In this document: positions 8,820-18,294 of the stretch, in pieces
Position numbering within the stretch: the first letter of the stretch is position 1
Layout of the letters: every line of letters starts with the position of its first letter
Virus record (IMG/VR): IMGVR_UViG_3300004481_001312
Coordinates: 5,324 to 69,323 of that record
Reading direction: 5' to 3' (one strand)
DNA length: 64,000 nt
From: a virus
Taxonomy: Duplodnaviria; Caudoviricetes
Position numbers and translations under genes: made by a program
The notes under the pieces: generated by a model
What the model was told of the DNA's origin: nothing
Database searches by the model: none
What the model saw: only the letters and a program-made list of their open reading frames with translations

Positions 8820-9520
8820 AGGTGTCTCCTGCGCTGGTAGATACTCCTACCGATTTGCATCCTTCGTCGCTGTTGGAGATAAAGCCCGTCCATCGGCCCT
8901 TTCCCCCAGTTTGGATGCATGTGTTCAACATGCGCGTCGATAGCCATAGCCCAGGCGTTTCTGGCCTTCGCCGTGCCTACGAGTTCATCATCGATGTACT
9001 CGTGCGGATATCCCGCATGGAATATCATTCCAGGTTCTGGCTGATCAATGGTTCCCAACCGCGCATATTCGCGGGTTACCAGGAAATGCGTCGCGTGTTG
9101 CCCAGCAAGGACCCTAGGGTTACCCAGATCGTTCGTGCCGACCACGCCAATACCCGGAGTCAAAGCGGCGATGGCCTCCTCGAACCACCCTGGCCAGAAT
9201 CGCAAATCATCAGCACCAGTGAAAATTAGCGGTTCGGTTGTACTCATAACACCAGTGTTGATTTTCGTGGCGTAGTCACCAGAATTACGGGAAGGCATTT
9301 CGTGGAATTTGCTACCAGACTCGATAACAGCCCGACGAACCTCAGTATCGTTGACAGTTATCATAAACAACACATTTGCTTCCGGTGTCGCCTCACGAAT
9401 CGACTCCAACACCGGAAGCACCCGATGCGCTCTTCCGAGCATCGGAATTATAATGACTAGGCCAGATCGGGGCGAGGACAATGACCCTCGCCCCGATCTT
9501 GATTGATATGGAAACATCAC
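8792..9520 (-). CDS. GT-A glycosyltransferase
   Basis: IIIPMLGR, KINTGV, FTGADDL, GTNDL, VEHMHP. Confidence 0.8.
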   Translation of the reverse strand: MMFPYQSRSGRGSLSSPRSGLVIIIPMLGRAHRVLPVLESIREATPEANVLFMITVNDTEVRRAVIESGSKFHEMPSRNSGDYATKINTGVMSTTEPLIFTGADDLRFWPGWFEEAIAALTPGIGVVGTNDLGNPRVLAGQHATHFLVTREYARLGTIDQPEPGMIFHAGYPHEYIDDELVGTAKARNAWAMAIDAHVEHMHPNWGKGPMDGLYLQQRRRMQIGRSIYQRRRHLWEKNGGIN

Positions 9521-9693
9521 GACGTTGTTGTCTGCTTCGCCACGGTGCCACCGATTCGGGCAGCAGCCAATTTAGCCGCGATCTCCGATGTCTTCGTAGA
9601 CACAACGGACCCGGAAGCGTCGAATACCTGCCATGTCGTAGCCGACGCGGCATTGGCCTGCTGGTTCGCGACCACCTTGTTACCGCAACACAT
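9517..9693 (-). CDS. Small head-region protein (MCCG-type, 58 aa)
   Basis: Hand translation gives MCCGNKVVANQQ...QTTTS. The ATG overlaps the protease stop and the stop overlaps the GT start (GTGA). Below the ORF-track cutoff. Confidence 0.6.
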   Translation of the reverse strand: MCCGNKVVANQQANAASATTWQVFDASGSVVSTKTSEIAAKLAAARIGGTVAKQTTTS

Positions 9694-11654
9694 CAGAACA
9701 CCTCATCGAGTTCGGCCTGGATACGGACAATGACACCGGCGTTAACCGCGTCTTCGACCTGTCCGAGCAAGTTGTCAACATCATCATCGACGGTAGGGTC
9801 CATGGTGTCAGCTGCCGTCACAACGGTCTCGTCTCCACTAACAGGGGCAATCACCGGGCGGAGGTGGGTGGCGAGACGTCCGGCGAGAAGGTCCGCCAAC
9901 CGCTCGTAATCGATGGTCATCCCACCGGACGACTCGGCGATTGACGGTAGCACCACACCAGCAGCGGTGAGTACCGTAACCTGGCCAGCCGACATCCGGA
10001 ACCGTGGCAATGGGAACCCAGGCTCCTCACGAGCGAGGGCGAGGATCTCAACGAGTTCCGGCTTCCCCCCGGTCGGTCTCCAGTCCCCTGACACCTTCTT
10101 CCGCGACAACGCGGCGAGGTCCTCGACCGTCGCGGATGGGTTAGCGATCCCGGAAACCCACACGGCGTTTAGCCGGGTGTCCTCCCCTGCACGCACCCAC
10201 GCGACCGTGGACAATCGGTCGTGGTGCGCTATCGCTCCGCCAAGCGACAACTTGAGGCACGCGTGGTCGTCGTTCCTCCCCCCGCACTGCCGGCACGCGC
10301 AGCCGAACTTCCCTCCCCCGGTGGTGATCCGGCCGACCGGTATGGGGAACCCCTCCGGCTGGTATCGGTGGAACATGCCATACCCGTCATTGTCGACGGG
10401 GGCCGTGGTGCACACCCCGGGCATACCAACATGGCAGGTGTCGTGAGTGGCGACGTGCCCGAACACCCTGCCGTCCTCGGTAACCGTGATCGGTGTGACC
10501 TGGTCGAGGTTTGGATTCTCGAACAATGCCGGGTCGTATCCGGTCATCAGTCCGGCAGCGGCTGTGACAGCCGTGAGCACCGCGCTGGTTTCCAACATCA
10601 TGTCGATCATGCTGTTCGCTTCGTAAGCCGCTAGCCCAGAGACAATCGACGCGGTTTCCTCCGCCCATGGAACAGTGATCGTGTCGTCCTGGAATTCCTC
10701 CGCCATCCGTCTGTACAACCCATCGACCACAACCTTCATGGCGTCCTGGTCGGCCTGGGGGATATTAGTTCCACCACGGGCACCCTGCAGAACGCCGGCA
10801 ACGGCGAATACCGCTCGGGGAACGATCCGTTGAGTTCCATCGATCATGTCCGCGATCTGGAACCCGTATGCTCCCTTGGTCTCCGCGTTCGCCGCGTCGT
10901 CCTGGTACAAGAACGCCTGCGCGTACCGGCCCCAATCCGGGTTATCGCCCCCGATTCCGGCATTGTCCGCGACCCGCTTCTCAGCGGCCGTACCATCCCA
11001 GGCCATGTCCCGTTCGGCAAGTGGCATATCTGACCAGCCGGTCTTCCGGACGGCCGCTGTGATGGCCTCCTCGACGAACAACTGGAACGGCCGGCATTCG
11101 GCGAACGCCGGAATCGACACTAACGTCGCTGCCGCGATCTGGTATTCGGTGAACAGGAGTTCGAGTTCGGCGTCTTCCGACCCCTCTCCCCAGAACAGCT
11201 CGTCGAACTGCTCCTCCGTGAGCGCCTCGTCAGAACCCTTAAGCGCGATCACGGCCTCGCAGGATCCCGTGTCAACGGATGGCCCGATGACCTTTTTTCC
11301 GAGGAGGTGCATCGACTCGGCAACGTCCTCGTGGAGGCGTGGCATGTCGTTCGGGTTGATGTCATCGAACATCCGTCCGAATCCCCACGCAGCGCGTAGG
11401 TCATTCGCGAACTTGGATGGTTTGATGCATTTCGCGTCGATCCATCCAGCGTCGATCGCTTCCGCGACCGTCCCGTACTCGATCCGTTCGAGCGATCCGA
11501 CGATTACCGAGTTGTCGTGTCCCTCGGTGTCCGCGCGTTGCCACTTCAACGGCAACGGCAACTCACGCGAAGACACTCCGGACGACAGGAAACGCCGGCC
11601 GTCCCCGGTTGACACGTCGAGGGGGGCGAGCATGCCCCGCCATCCGGTACTCAT
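9693..11654 (-). CDS. Capsid maturation protease-like multidomain head protein
   Basis: N-terminal WRGMLAPLDVSTGDGR..LPLPLKWQ..GH, as in actinophage prohead proteases; follows MuF; second domain GRVFGHVA.. SGDWR. Confidence 0.7.
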   Translation of the reverse strand: MSTGWRGMLAPLDVSTGDGRRFLSSGVSSRELPLPLKWQRADTEGHDNSVIVGSLERIEYGTVAEAIDAGWIDAKCIKPSKFANDLRAAWGFGRMFDDINPNDMPRLHEDVAESMHLLGKKVIGPSVDTGSCEAVIALKGSDEALTEEQFDELFWGEGSEDAELELLFTEYQIAAATLVSIPAFAECRPFQLFVEEAITAAVRKTGWSDMPLAERDMAWDGTAAEKRVADNAGIGGDNPDWGRYAQAFLYQDDAANAETKGAYGFQIADMIDGTQRIVPRAVFAVAGVLQGARGGTNIPQADQDAMKVVVDGLYRRMAEEFQDDTITVPWAEETASIVSGLAAYEANSMIDMMLETSAVLTAVTAAAGLMTGYDPALFENPNLDQVTPITVTEDGRVFGHVATHDTCHVGMPGVCTTAPVDNDGYGMFHRYQPEGFPIPVGRITTGGGKFGCACRQCGGRNDDHACLKLSLGGAIAHHDRLSTVAWVRAGEDTRLNAVWVSGIANPSATVEDLAALSRKKVSGDWRPTGGKPELVEILALAREEPGFPLPRFRMSAGQVTVLTAAGVVLPSIAESSGGMTIDYERLADLLAGRLATHLRPVIAPVSGDETVVTAADTMDPTVDDDVDNLLGQVEDAVNAGVIVRIQAELDEVF

Positions 11655-11670
11655 ATCCAGCCCCTAACTG

Positions 11671-12630
11671 TCAGTAATTCTTGAATTGGCGATTAGTGAG
11701 ATCAACAGTTTCTCCCGGTTCCAACAAGATCGTCGTGCATCGGCACTGAATAACCTCCTTGCCCGGTCCCATCGGATCCCCGGGAAACCGCAACGACGCG
11801 CCACCGACGATGAACGGCTGCCCGGTCGGCACCCGCTGACCATCAGCGCGTCGGTGGGTATGGCGGACCCGTTTATCCACCGTCGCCACCCACATTTGTT
11901 CGAACGGCGTTCCCAACTCCGTCGCAACGGCCGCGAACGCGTCCTGCCGGCCTGCGTTTAACGCCCCCATCGTCTCCGTCCGCGCGACCACGGTAGCCCG
12001 GTTCGGCCAGCGCTCCGTACGCGTGGTAGATAACACCTCGTCAACCCGATTAGCGATCTCCGGCGCACCCTCACCAAGATTCGCCCCGACAGACACTTGC
12101 CGGGCGACGAGGTCAAACGTCGAATCCACGGTTCGAACCATCCGGTTGGACACCGTTGCCAGGTGCTCGACCACTGCCGGCCTCGAATCGAACCGGTATC
12201 CGTCACCAAGCAACGTTCGGTAGGCCGTACCGACAGCGTCCCGGACCGGCCCCCGGACGACACGATCAACGGCGGCTGCCCACTCAGGTGACTTCGAAAA
12301 AACAGCCAAGGGGTCTGGGAGAACCGTGTGGAGAACCGCGCGGGAAACAGTCACCAACCACGCCGACAACTCGACCCATAAGGCCTCACGGATCGCGGCT
12401 TCCACCATGGCGGCCTCGGCAGCCGCTTCCATCCTGGGGACAAGCCACGGGTCGGTACCCTCGCCATCCCACACCGGACCCGTGTCGGCTCCAGTGATCA
12501 CCCACGCGCCGTGCTCTTCCGCGAACCATGCCGCGTCGTCGGGGCCGTCCGGGTAGAACACGTCACCGAGGGCGTTGGTCATCGCCCCGGGCACCGTGCG
12601 CGCGTATCCGAGTGACCACAGGTCATCCAC
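11671..12630 (-). CDS. MuF/SPP1 gp7-like minor head protein
   Basis: RATVVARTET, WVATVDKRVRHTH, FPGDP..IQCRC. Confidence 0.88.
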   Translation of the reverse strand: MDDLWSLGYARTVPGAMTNALGDVFYPDGPDDAAWFAEEHGAWVITGADTGPVWDGEGTDPWLVPRMEAAAEAAMVEAAIREALWVELSAWLVTVSRAVLHTVLPDPLAVFSKSPEWAAAVDRVVRGPVRDAVGTAYRTLLGDGYRFDSRPAVVEHLATVSNRMVRTVDSTFDLVARQVSVGANLGEGAPEIANRVDEVLSTTRTERWPNRATVVARTETMGALNAGRQDAFAAVATELGTPFEQMWVATVDKRVRHTHRRADGQRVPTGQPFIVGGASLRFPGDPMGPGKEVIQCRCTTILLEPGETVDLTNRQFKNY

Positions 12631-14641
12631 AGGACATCACCTTTAGCCGGTTGATGGTCTCCGGGGCCGAGAACATGGTTTCGACGTCTATGGGGTCATA
12701 GGAGATTCCCCGTACCAGTAGGTCACGGCAATGCTCCTCGACCAACGCTACGAACAGCCGGTCATCGATCCCGAACTCCGACCCGACACCGGAGAATTCA
12801 TCACGCCACGCTCCTGCGAGGAACGTCGCGATCTTCTGCGACCCCGAAATCGGTCCGTGATGCACGTGCAACTGATAGGAGGGCACCCCGGCTGGCCGTT
12901 TCGAGTGCGGTACTAGGCGAGTTCCGGCGATACCGAGCGCACGACGGATAGCCAACTGCGCCGCGAATGACAATCCTGGTGGTGCCGTTGGTGGCCCTGC
13001 AGGGGGCGGTCCCTGGCCATCCTCGCCCCCCTCCTCCTCAACCTCGGGCTCTTCGGGGAGGGTTTCCTCCTCCTCGGTGGGCTGTGTCTCCTCCGTGACC
13101 GTGGTGGTCGTGGGGACCGGTGCCTCAACCGTTTGGGCCTTTGGTAGTCCGATCAACGCCCGGAGGGTTGGGTCGGACAGGACCGCGTCGGGGGACGTGA
13201 GGAGTAGTTTCTCTACGAGTCGCACGGAGCGCTCGGCTGGGGATGGGGCGTCCCCGTCGGACCACGACGACGCTGCCCTGGTTACGGCGTCTGACAACAG
13301 CATGCGGTCGTGGAGGTCCTTGGCGTCCCCGGACCGGTCGGGGTTTGTGGTCAATGGCGAGGTGTCGAACGCGTAGAAGTAGCCGTTCGGGTCCTCGCCC
13401 ATCGCTTCGAGCGCGGGTACGAGGTAGCCGGTGGTGAGGGCCGCTGCGATGCGGGTCAACACCGGTTTGATGTGGATCTGTACGGCCTCGCGGCTGATAG
13501 CCCAGGCGTTCCAGTGGTTTGTCGACGAACCTAACCCGATCAGTACCTCTGGTGGGATGTCCAGCGACTGGGCTAGTGAACGGAGTGCGCCTTCCCGCAT
13601 CGTCCCAATCTGCGCAGACAACTCCGACCACAACGTGATGTGTCGGATCTTCTCGATATCGTCGCCTGGGCCGGTGATGATGATCGGCACCATGGCCTCA
13701 GCCGATGACCGGTCCCGCAGCGATCGGGACATGACCCGGCCTAGGAGCGCGGAGAACCCAGCGGCCCCGGCCGGGTCGTCGTCGCCCCGGGGGAGTTCCA
13801 GCGATTCGGGGAGCGCGAACACGCCGGCCCCGGACAGCCGGCTGTCCAACTCAGCGAATTCGCGTTTCCGCAGGGCCTCCATCTCGCGGAGGTCAGGGAT
13901 CGCGGATCGGGTTGCCGAGTCTGGTTCTGACGTGTCGGCTGGGTGTGGTGTCCACACCCGGAGGATCAGGTCGATGCCCTCGCGGTATTCCATGATCCCG
14001 CCCCCGTGCACCGGGGAACGGATGACCGTGATCGTGTCGCCCTGCCTTTTGATCTGCCGGGATGTGACGACCCACCAGAGGTCTTCGCCGTCCTCCCCGC
14101 CCCCGGACTGGGCGACCACGTACGCCTCGCCGGGAACGAACAGGTCGATACCGAGGAGGCGCAGCGCCTCGGCCTTCGCGTCGCCGGTACCGAGCGGCCC
14201 GGCTGCGAGCTCTGCTACTGGGCCGGTATCGACGCGTTCGCCGGGGGACCCGTCCGGGTTGGCCTTGGCGACGTACAGGTTACAACGGGAGACCGAGTTA
14301 CCTACCCAGTTCGCGACGAATCGGAGTTGTCCGGTTATGTCGTACAGGCGCCACGCGTCGGCCTGCCATGCCCTGTCCCCGAATCGGTAGGAGCGCCACG
14401 ACGCGCCATCCATGGACAACCGGGACACGGCCGCTGTGACCGACGTGCCAGGTGATCCGTCTGCGAGCGCTCGACGCGCCGAGGACGTGACGATCTCCCG
14501 GAACCGGTTTGTCGTGGTGTCGGCACCCCGGAAACGCCAGAGGACCGGTGGTGAGAACAGTCCGTCGATCTCCTCGCGTAGGACCGGGTCGACCTCGCCA
14601 ACCGCGCGTAGTTGCCGCTTCCTCTGCCGCAGTTTCATCAT
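12623..14641 (-). CDS. Portal protein
   Basis: WQADAWRLYDITGQLRFVANWVGNSVSRC and NHWNAWAI motifs of actinophage portals; lies between terL and MuF; start inferred from the ATGA overlap at 14641. Confidence 0.8.
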   Translation of the reverse strand: MMKLRQRKRQLRAVGEVDPVLREEIDGLFSPPVLWRFRGADTTTNRFREIVTSSARRALADGSPGTSVTAAVSRLSMDGASWRSYRFGDRAWQADAWRLYDITGQLRFVANWVGNSVSRCNLYVAKANPDGSPGERVDTGPVAELAAGPLGTGDAKAEALRLLGIDLFVPGEAYVVAQSGGGEDGEDLWWVVTSRQIKRQGDTITVIRSPVHGGGIMEYREGIDLILRVWTPHPADTSEPDSATRSAIPDLREMEALRKREFAELDSRLSGAGVFALPESLELPRGDDDPAGAAGFSALLGRVMSRSLRDRSSAEAMVPIIITGPGDDIEKIRHITLWSELSAQIGTMREGALRSLAQSLDIPPEVLIGLGSSTNHWNAWAISREAVQIHIKPVLTRIAAALTTGYLVPALEAMGEDPNGYFYAFDTSPLTTNPDRSGDAKDLHDRMLLSDAVTRAASSWSDGDAPSPAERSVRLVEKLLLTSPDAVLSDPTLRALIGLPKAQTVEAPVPTTTTVTEETQPTEEEETLPEEPEVEEEGGEDGQGPPPAGPPTAPPGLSFAAQLAIRRALGIAGTRLVPHSKRPAGVPSYQLHVHHGPISGSQKIATFLAGAWRDEFSGVGSEFGIDDRLFVALVEEHCRDLLVRGISYDPIDVETMFSAPETINRLKVMSCG

Positions 14642-14970
14642 TTCCGCCCGTATGCGTAGATCATGCCGGTAACTTGCGAAACCGCGAACGCCAGCACGAT
14701 GACCAAGACGATTGGGGTTGTGCCCCACAGGTAGATGATCGGCGAGGTTATGTAGCCGATCCAGATAGACACGCACCACGGGCAACCAGTGGCGTCTCCA
14801 TCCGGTTCGCCAAGGAGGTAGACCAGTAGTCGGTGCGTTCGGCGATGTGGGTCGAATCGTGCGATGAGACGCTCGCGAACCTGGCGCGTGATCTCGTCAT
14901 GTGTGATCAACGTGGTTGCCCGCGTTACCGCTAGGGCGTACAACGCCAACACGACAACAGACGGCATCAT
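14638..14970 (-). CDS. DUF1360-like membrane protein
   Basis: RATTLITHD, CPWCVSIW, hydrophobic segments. Confidence 0.7.
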   Translation of the reverse strand: MMPSVVVLALYALAVTRATTLITHDEITRQVRERLIARFDPHRRTHRLLVYLLGEPDGDATGCPWCVSIWIGYITSPIIYLWGTTPIVLVIVLAFAVSQVTGMIYAYGRK

Positions 14971-15082
14971 GCCGTGATCATAGGCGCAGCCGGCCGATTA
15001 TTGTCCTACCGCACCAGAGAATCAAGGGGAACGGCTACTCCAACTCTGTCATCATCGAAGGTAGCGCTGCTATCCTCATTGG

Positions 15083-15376
15083 ATGCAAATACCAACACTA
15101 GGGCGAATCGTTCACTACAGGGGCAAGCAGGGTCTTTTTGCTCCGCGAGCAGCTATCGTCACAGCGACAATCGCCAGTCTCGACCCCCGGGGTATCGAAA
15201 CCGGCGAGGTCCCAGCGATCACTGATGATCAGCACGTTCACCTGTGGGTTTTCTCTCCATGCGAAAACTGTGGATTCGCCGAGTTCAATGTTCCACGCGG
15301 AGAACCTACTGATGGGTCAACACCGACCGCTAGCACGATCCCACCAGGAACCTGGTGCTGGCCACCTAGGGTCTAA
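15083..15376 (+). CDS. Conserved small phage protein, antisense to the head operon
   Basis: PTLGRIVHY ... GTWCWPPRV pattern; TATCCT lies 6 nt before the ATG. Confidence 0.7.
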   Translation: MQIPTLGRIVHYRGKQGLFAPRAAIVTATIASLDPRGIETGEVPAITDDQHVHLWVFSPCENCGFAEFNVPRGEPTDGSTPTASTIPPGTWCWPPRV

Positions 15377-15398
15377 TCCAAGTTGCCACTGGCGTCAA

Positions 15399-17078
15399 TT
15401 ACATGGCCAGCGGCCCGAACCCCCCACCACCGGACGGTCCCCGGTCCAGGGGCGATGAACCCGTGGTCGGAAGCGAACCACCCGGAGCGGCGGATCCACC
15501 CGAACCGCTTTTCGGGATCGGCAAAAGCGCGTACGCGAGGTACGTACTCGCGTCGATCCGCCCCGGAGAATCCGACGATCCCTCTTGCCACGTCGCCCAC
15601 TCCTCCTCGACCTCTGGTAGGTACGCGGCCGTCCGTACCCGGTCCTCCACCCACTGTTGGGCGATTGGGTCCGCACGCAACCTTTTGTTCTTCCGCGCCG
15701 TTACTGCCTTGATCCGGGGACACAGCCGCCCGTACCGCAGGGTCATCCGGTCAACGACTCGTTCAACTTCCCGAGCGGTCAGATGCGGCTGATCATCCAT
15801 TACACGGTTCCGGGCCGCCTCCCGCTCCTCGGATTGCAGTGACGACCACGCGGTTCGGATCATCCGACCCGCCATGTCGCCACCGAAATTCCTCTCAAAA
15901 ATGATCATGTCAGCGTCGATGTCCACGGCCATCTCGCACGCGGTTTTCGACCACGCGTCCGACGACATCGCCCCGGACGCGTCACGTAGTAGGTACAGGC
16001 GCTTATCAGATCCTAGGTAGCCTCCGATAATCCCTGCCACGTCCCTACCACCACCGGACGGGTCAACGGACACGGCGGTACGGACCGGCGACGTGTCGCA
16101 CGGATGGCACGAAGACCCGTTCGTGTAGCACCGACGTTCGCGGAGGAGTTCACGGGTGAGGAGCGCGCCCTCAGCCGGTTTCGGGTCGCACATGTACAGG
16201 GCGTGCCAGTCCTGGACGGTTGACGCCCGGCGCTTGTCATGCCAATGGGCGGCTGCCCGAGCTGTGTCGCCCAGCCGGATTTTTGGGTGTGGGAGTGGGT
16301 CACCGAGTTTCCGGTGTAGCGGGTCGCGTCCCGGGTCGTCGCAGAACGCTGGCATGCGCACGACCTCCCACCGGCCTCCCTCGGCCGTGGTCCCCTCGTC
16401 AGCGACGACCCGGGACGCGAGGTCATCCGGGTGCCATGGGGTCATGACCATGATCATTGGAGCGCCGGGGGATAGCCGGCTGATGATGTCGGCGCTCAAC
16501 CACCGGTACGCCCGGTCGCGGAACCGTAGCGAATCCGCTTCGGCCCGGCTCTTATGCGGGTCGTCAATGAACGCGATGTCGCCAGGCTTCCCAGTCACGC
16601 CAGCCCCGATCCCGACGGACAGGACACCTCCACCGGTAATCAGGTGCCAGTCCTGCACCGCCTCGGAACCACGGGAGAGAGCCAGACCGAACCGGTGTCC
16701 GTGTTCCTCGATAATGCGTTTCGAGTCGCGGCCCCGGTCCACGGCCAACGAATCGCCGTACGAACCGATGATTACCTTCGCTTCTGGGCGGTTCGCGAGC
16801 CACCAGACAGCGCCACCTACCACGGCGGTCAGGGTTTTACCGGTTTGTGGTGGGACTGTGATCAACAGTCGGTCGATCTCTCCAGACATGATCCGGAGCA
16901 TTTGCTTCGTGATCACGTCGAGGTGGGGGCGGAGTCGGTAGCCGGGGACTACCCGACGAAGTAACGCGGCCGGGTCAGACAACGCAGAGCGGTCCTCGGC
17001 CGCTTCTATGGCTTTAGCCTCTGCCATCAGTTCCGCGTCGCTCATGATGGAGGGATCACGGAGCGCTCGTTTCACCAC
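15399..17078 (-). CDS. terL: Terminase large subunit
   Basis: VPPQTGKT Walker A variant, IAFIDDPHK Walker B, VSVDPSGG nuclease acidic motif, SPGRIDA. Confidence 0.92.
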   Translation of the reverse strand: MVKRALRDPSIMSDAELMAEAKAIEAAEDRSALSDPAALLRRVVPGYRLRPHLDVITKQMLRIMSGEIDRLLITVPPQTGKTLTAVVGGAVWWLANRPEAKVIIGSYGDSLAVDRGRDSKRIIEEHGHRFGLALSRGSEAVQDWHLITGGGVLSVGIGAGVTGKPGDIAFIDDPHKSRAEADSLRFRDRAYRWLSADIISRLSPGAPMIMVMTPWHPDDLASRVVADEGTTAEGGRWEVVRMPAFCDDPGRDPLHRKLGDPLPHPKIRLGDTARAAAHWHDKRRASTVQDWHALYMCDPKPAEGALLTRELLRERRCYTNGSSCHPCDTSPVRTAVSVDPSGGGRDVAGIIGGYLGSDKRLYLLRDASGAMSSDAWSKTACEMAVDIDADMIIFERNFGGDMAGRMIRTAWSSLQSEEREAARNRVMDDQPHLTAREVERVVDRMTLRYGRLCPRIKAVTARKNKRLRADPIAQQWVEDRVRTAAYLPEVEEEWATWQEGSSDSPGRIDASTYLAYALLPIPKSGSGGSAAPGGSLPTTGSSPLDRGPSGGGGFGPLAM

Positions 17079-17101
17079 GGCCCCTCCCAGTTGTTGGTGG
17101 T

Positions 17102-17842
17102 CTACCCGCCCATCATGATCACTCCTAGTCTGGTTGTCATGCTGAACCCGGCACGAAGAGCCGATGGTGCCAACTTCTGGCCGGTCCGGATTATGTCCAC
17201 GTACTCCGTGCCGAGTGGATATACCCACACTCGGTAGGGGTTTAGATGGTAGTCGGTGCAGAACAGCCGAATAGCGTCTATGTCAGTCGTATCTTGGCAC
17301 GGGAACAGGAATTCGGCTCTTGGGCTACTGGTGAACCATCGCAGAGCCGATGTGTACACCCGTTTCTGTGTTGGGTCAGACGCCAAAGCGCCGAACAATT
17401 TTGGGGATACCCTCCACCGGATTTTGTCTAGCTCGTCGAGGTCTTTCAACCACGGACGCGGGTTGATCGTCCCGTTGGTTTCCACGTACACCGTCCGTCC
17501 AACATCGACGCACCCTTCGATGAGGCAGCGCAACGCTGGACCCTCCTGCTGCATCAGAGGTTCGCCACCGGTGACGACGACCCTGCCGACTGGAAATACC
17601 TTTCCGGCCTTGTCAAGGCGGTCGAGAAACACGCCAACGCGTATAGGTCTGCTCATCGTGTGCGGCCCCCATGTCGATGGTTGGTCGCACACCTCGCATG
17701 TGAGGTTGCATCCGGCGAGGCGAACGATCGCGCAACGCCTGCCGGCGTCCGGCCCTTCCGTGATTATTGTGTCGGTGCGGAACTCGTTCGCGTAGAGAAC
17801 AGCGTCCCGGCCGGGGTCCGGACCGTCCTCGGCCCCCATCAC
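17102..17842 (-). CDS. queE: QueE-like radical SAM protein (7-carboxy-7-deazaguanine synthase family)
   Basis: VRLAGCNLTCEVCD (CxxxCxxC), TGGEPL, VETNG, VSPK. Confidence 0.85.
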   Translation of the reverse strand: MMGAEDGPDPGRDAVLYANEFRTDTIITEGPDAGRRCAIVRLAGCNLTCEVCDQPSTWGPHTMSRPIRVGVFLDRLDKAGKVFPVGRVVVTGGEPLMQQEGPALRCLIEGCVDVGRTVYVETNGTINPRPWLKDLDELDKIRWRVSPKLFGALASDPTQKRVYTSALRWFTSSPRAEFLFPCQDTTDIDAIRLFCTDYHLNPYRVWVYPLGTEYVDIIRTGQKLAPSALRAGFSMTTRLGVIMMGG

Positions 17843-18294
17843 CTATCTCCGGCCGTTGGCGCGTACTCGACGGAACAACTGTCAGGCATGACCACTCGGG
17901 CCGACTCGATGACCAAGTTCCATCCACTTGACTTCCGTTCATACTCTGACCGGTCATGGGCCAGCCAGTATGCCCAGGCCACGATGCGTTCTGGCGCGTG
18001 TTTAGTCGGACCTTCGAGGTCGAGGATCGGCCCGTAGATGAACTGGCCATCGAGCTCTTCGGCTATACGCCTCGTAATGACGGATCGGGTGACCATGGAC
18101 AGTCGCGCGTCTGTCGTGTCGTCTATGGTGAATACGTCGTGTGGATCGACGTCGGGTATGTCACGACGTGATGTGATCTCTATCTGACAAGGGATGCGGA
18201 CTGGTCCGGTATCCCGTTCATGGACAAGATCGAATCGGTAGGTTTCGCGTGTACGGAACATGTCCACAGGGTAGTCGTATATCCAAGGTGACAA
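17839..18294 (-). CDS. Degenerate QueD/PTPS-like T-fold protein
   Basis: Aligns by eye to QueD (YRFDLVH vs FTFEAAH; VDPH; LDGQFIY..LEGPT vs LDHHYLN..LENPT) but lacks CxxxHGH and the C-terminal ET glutamate; adjacent to queE. Confidence 0.6.
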   Translation of the reverse strand: MSPWIYDYPVDMFRTRETYRFDLVHERDTGPVRIPCQIEITSRRDIPDVDPHDVFTIDDTTDARLSMVTRSVITRRIAEELDGQFIYGPILDLEGPTKHAPERIVAWAYWLAHDRSEYERKSSGWNLVIESARVVMPDSCSVEYAPTAGDR

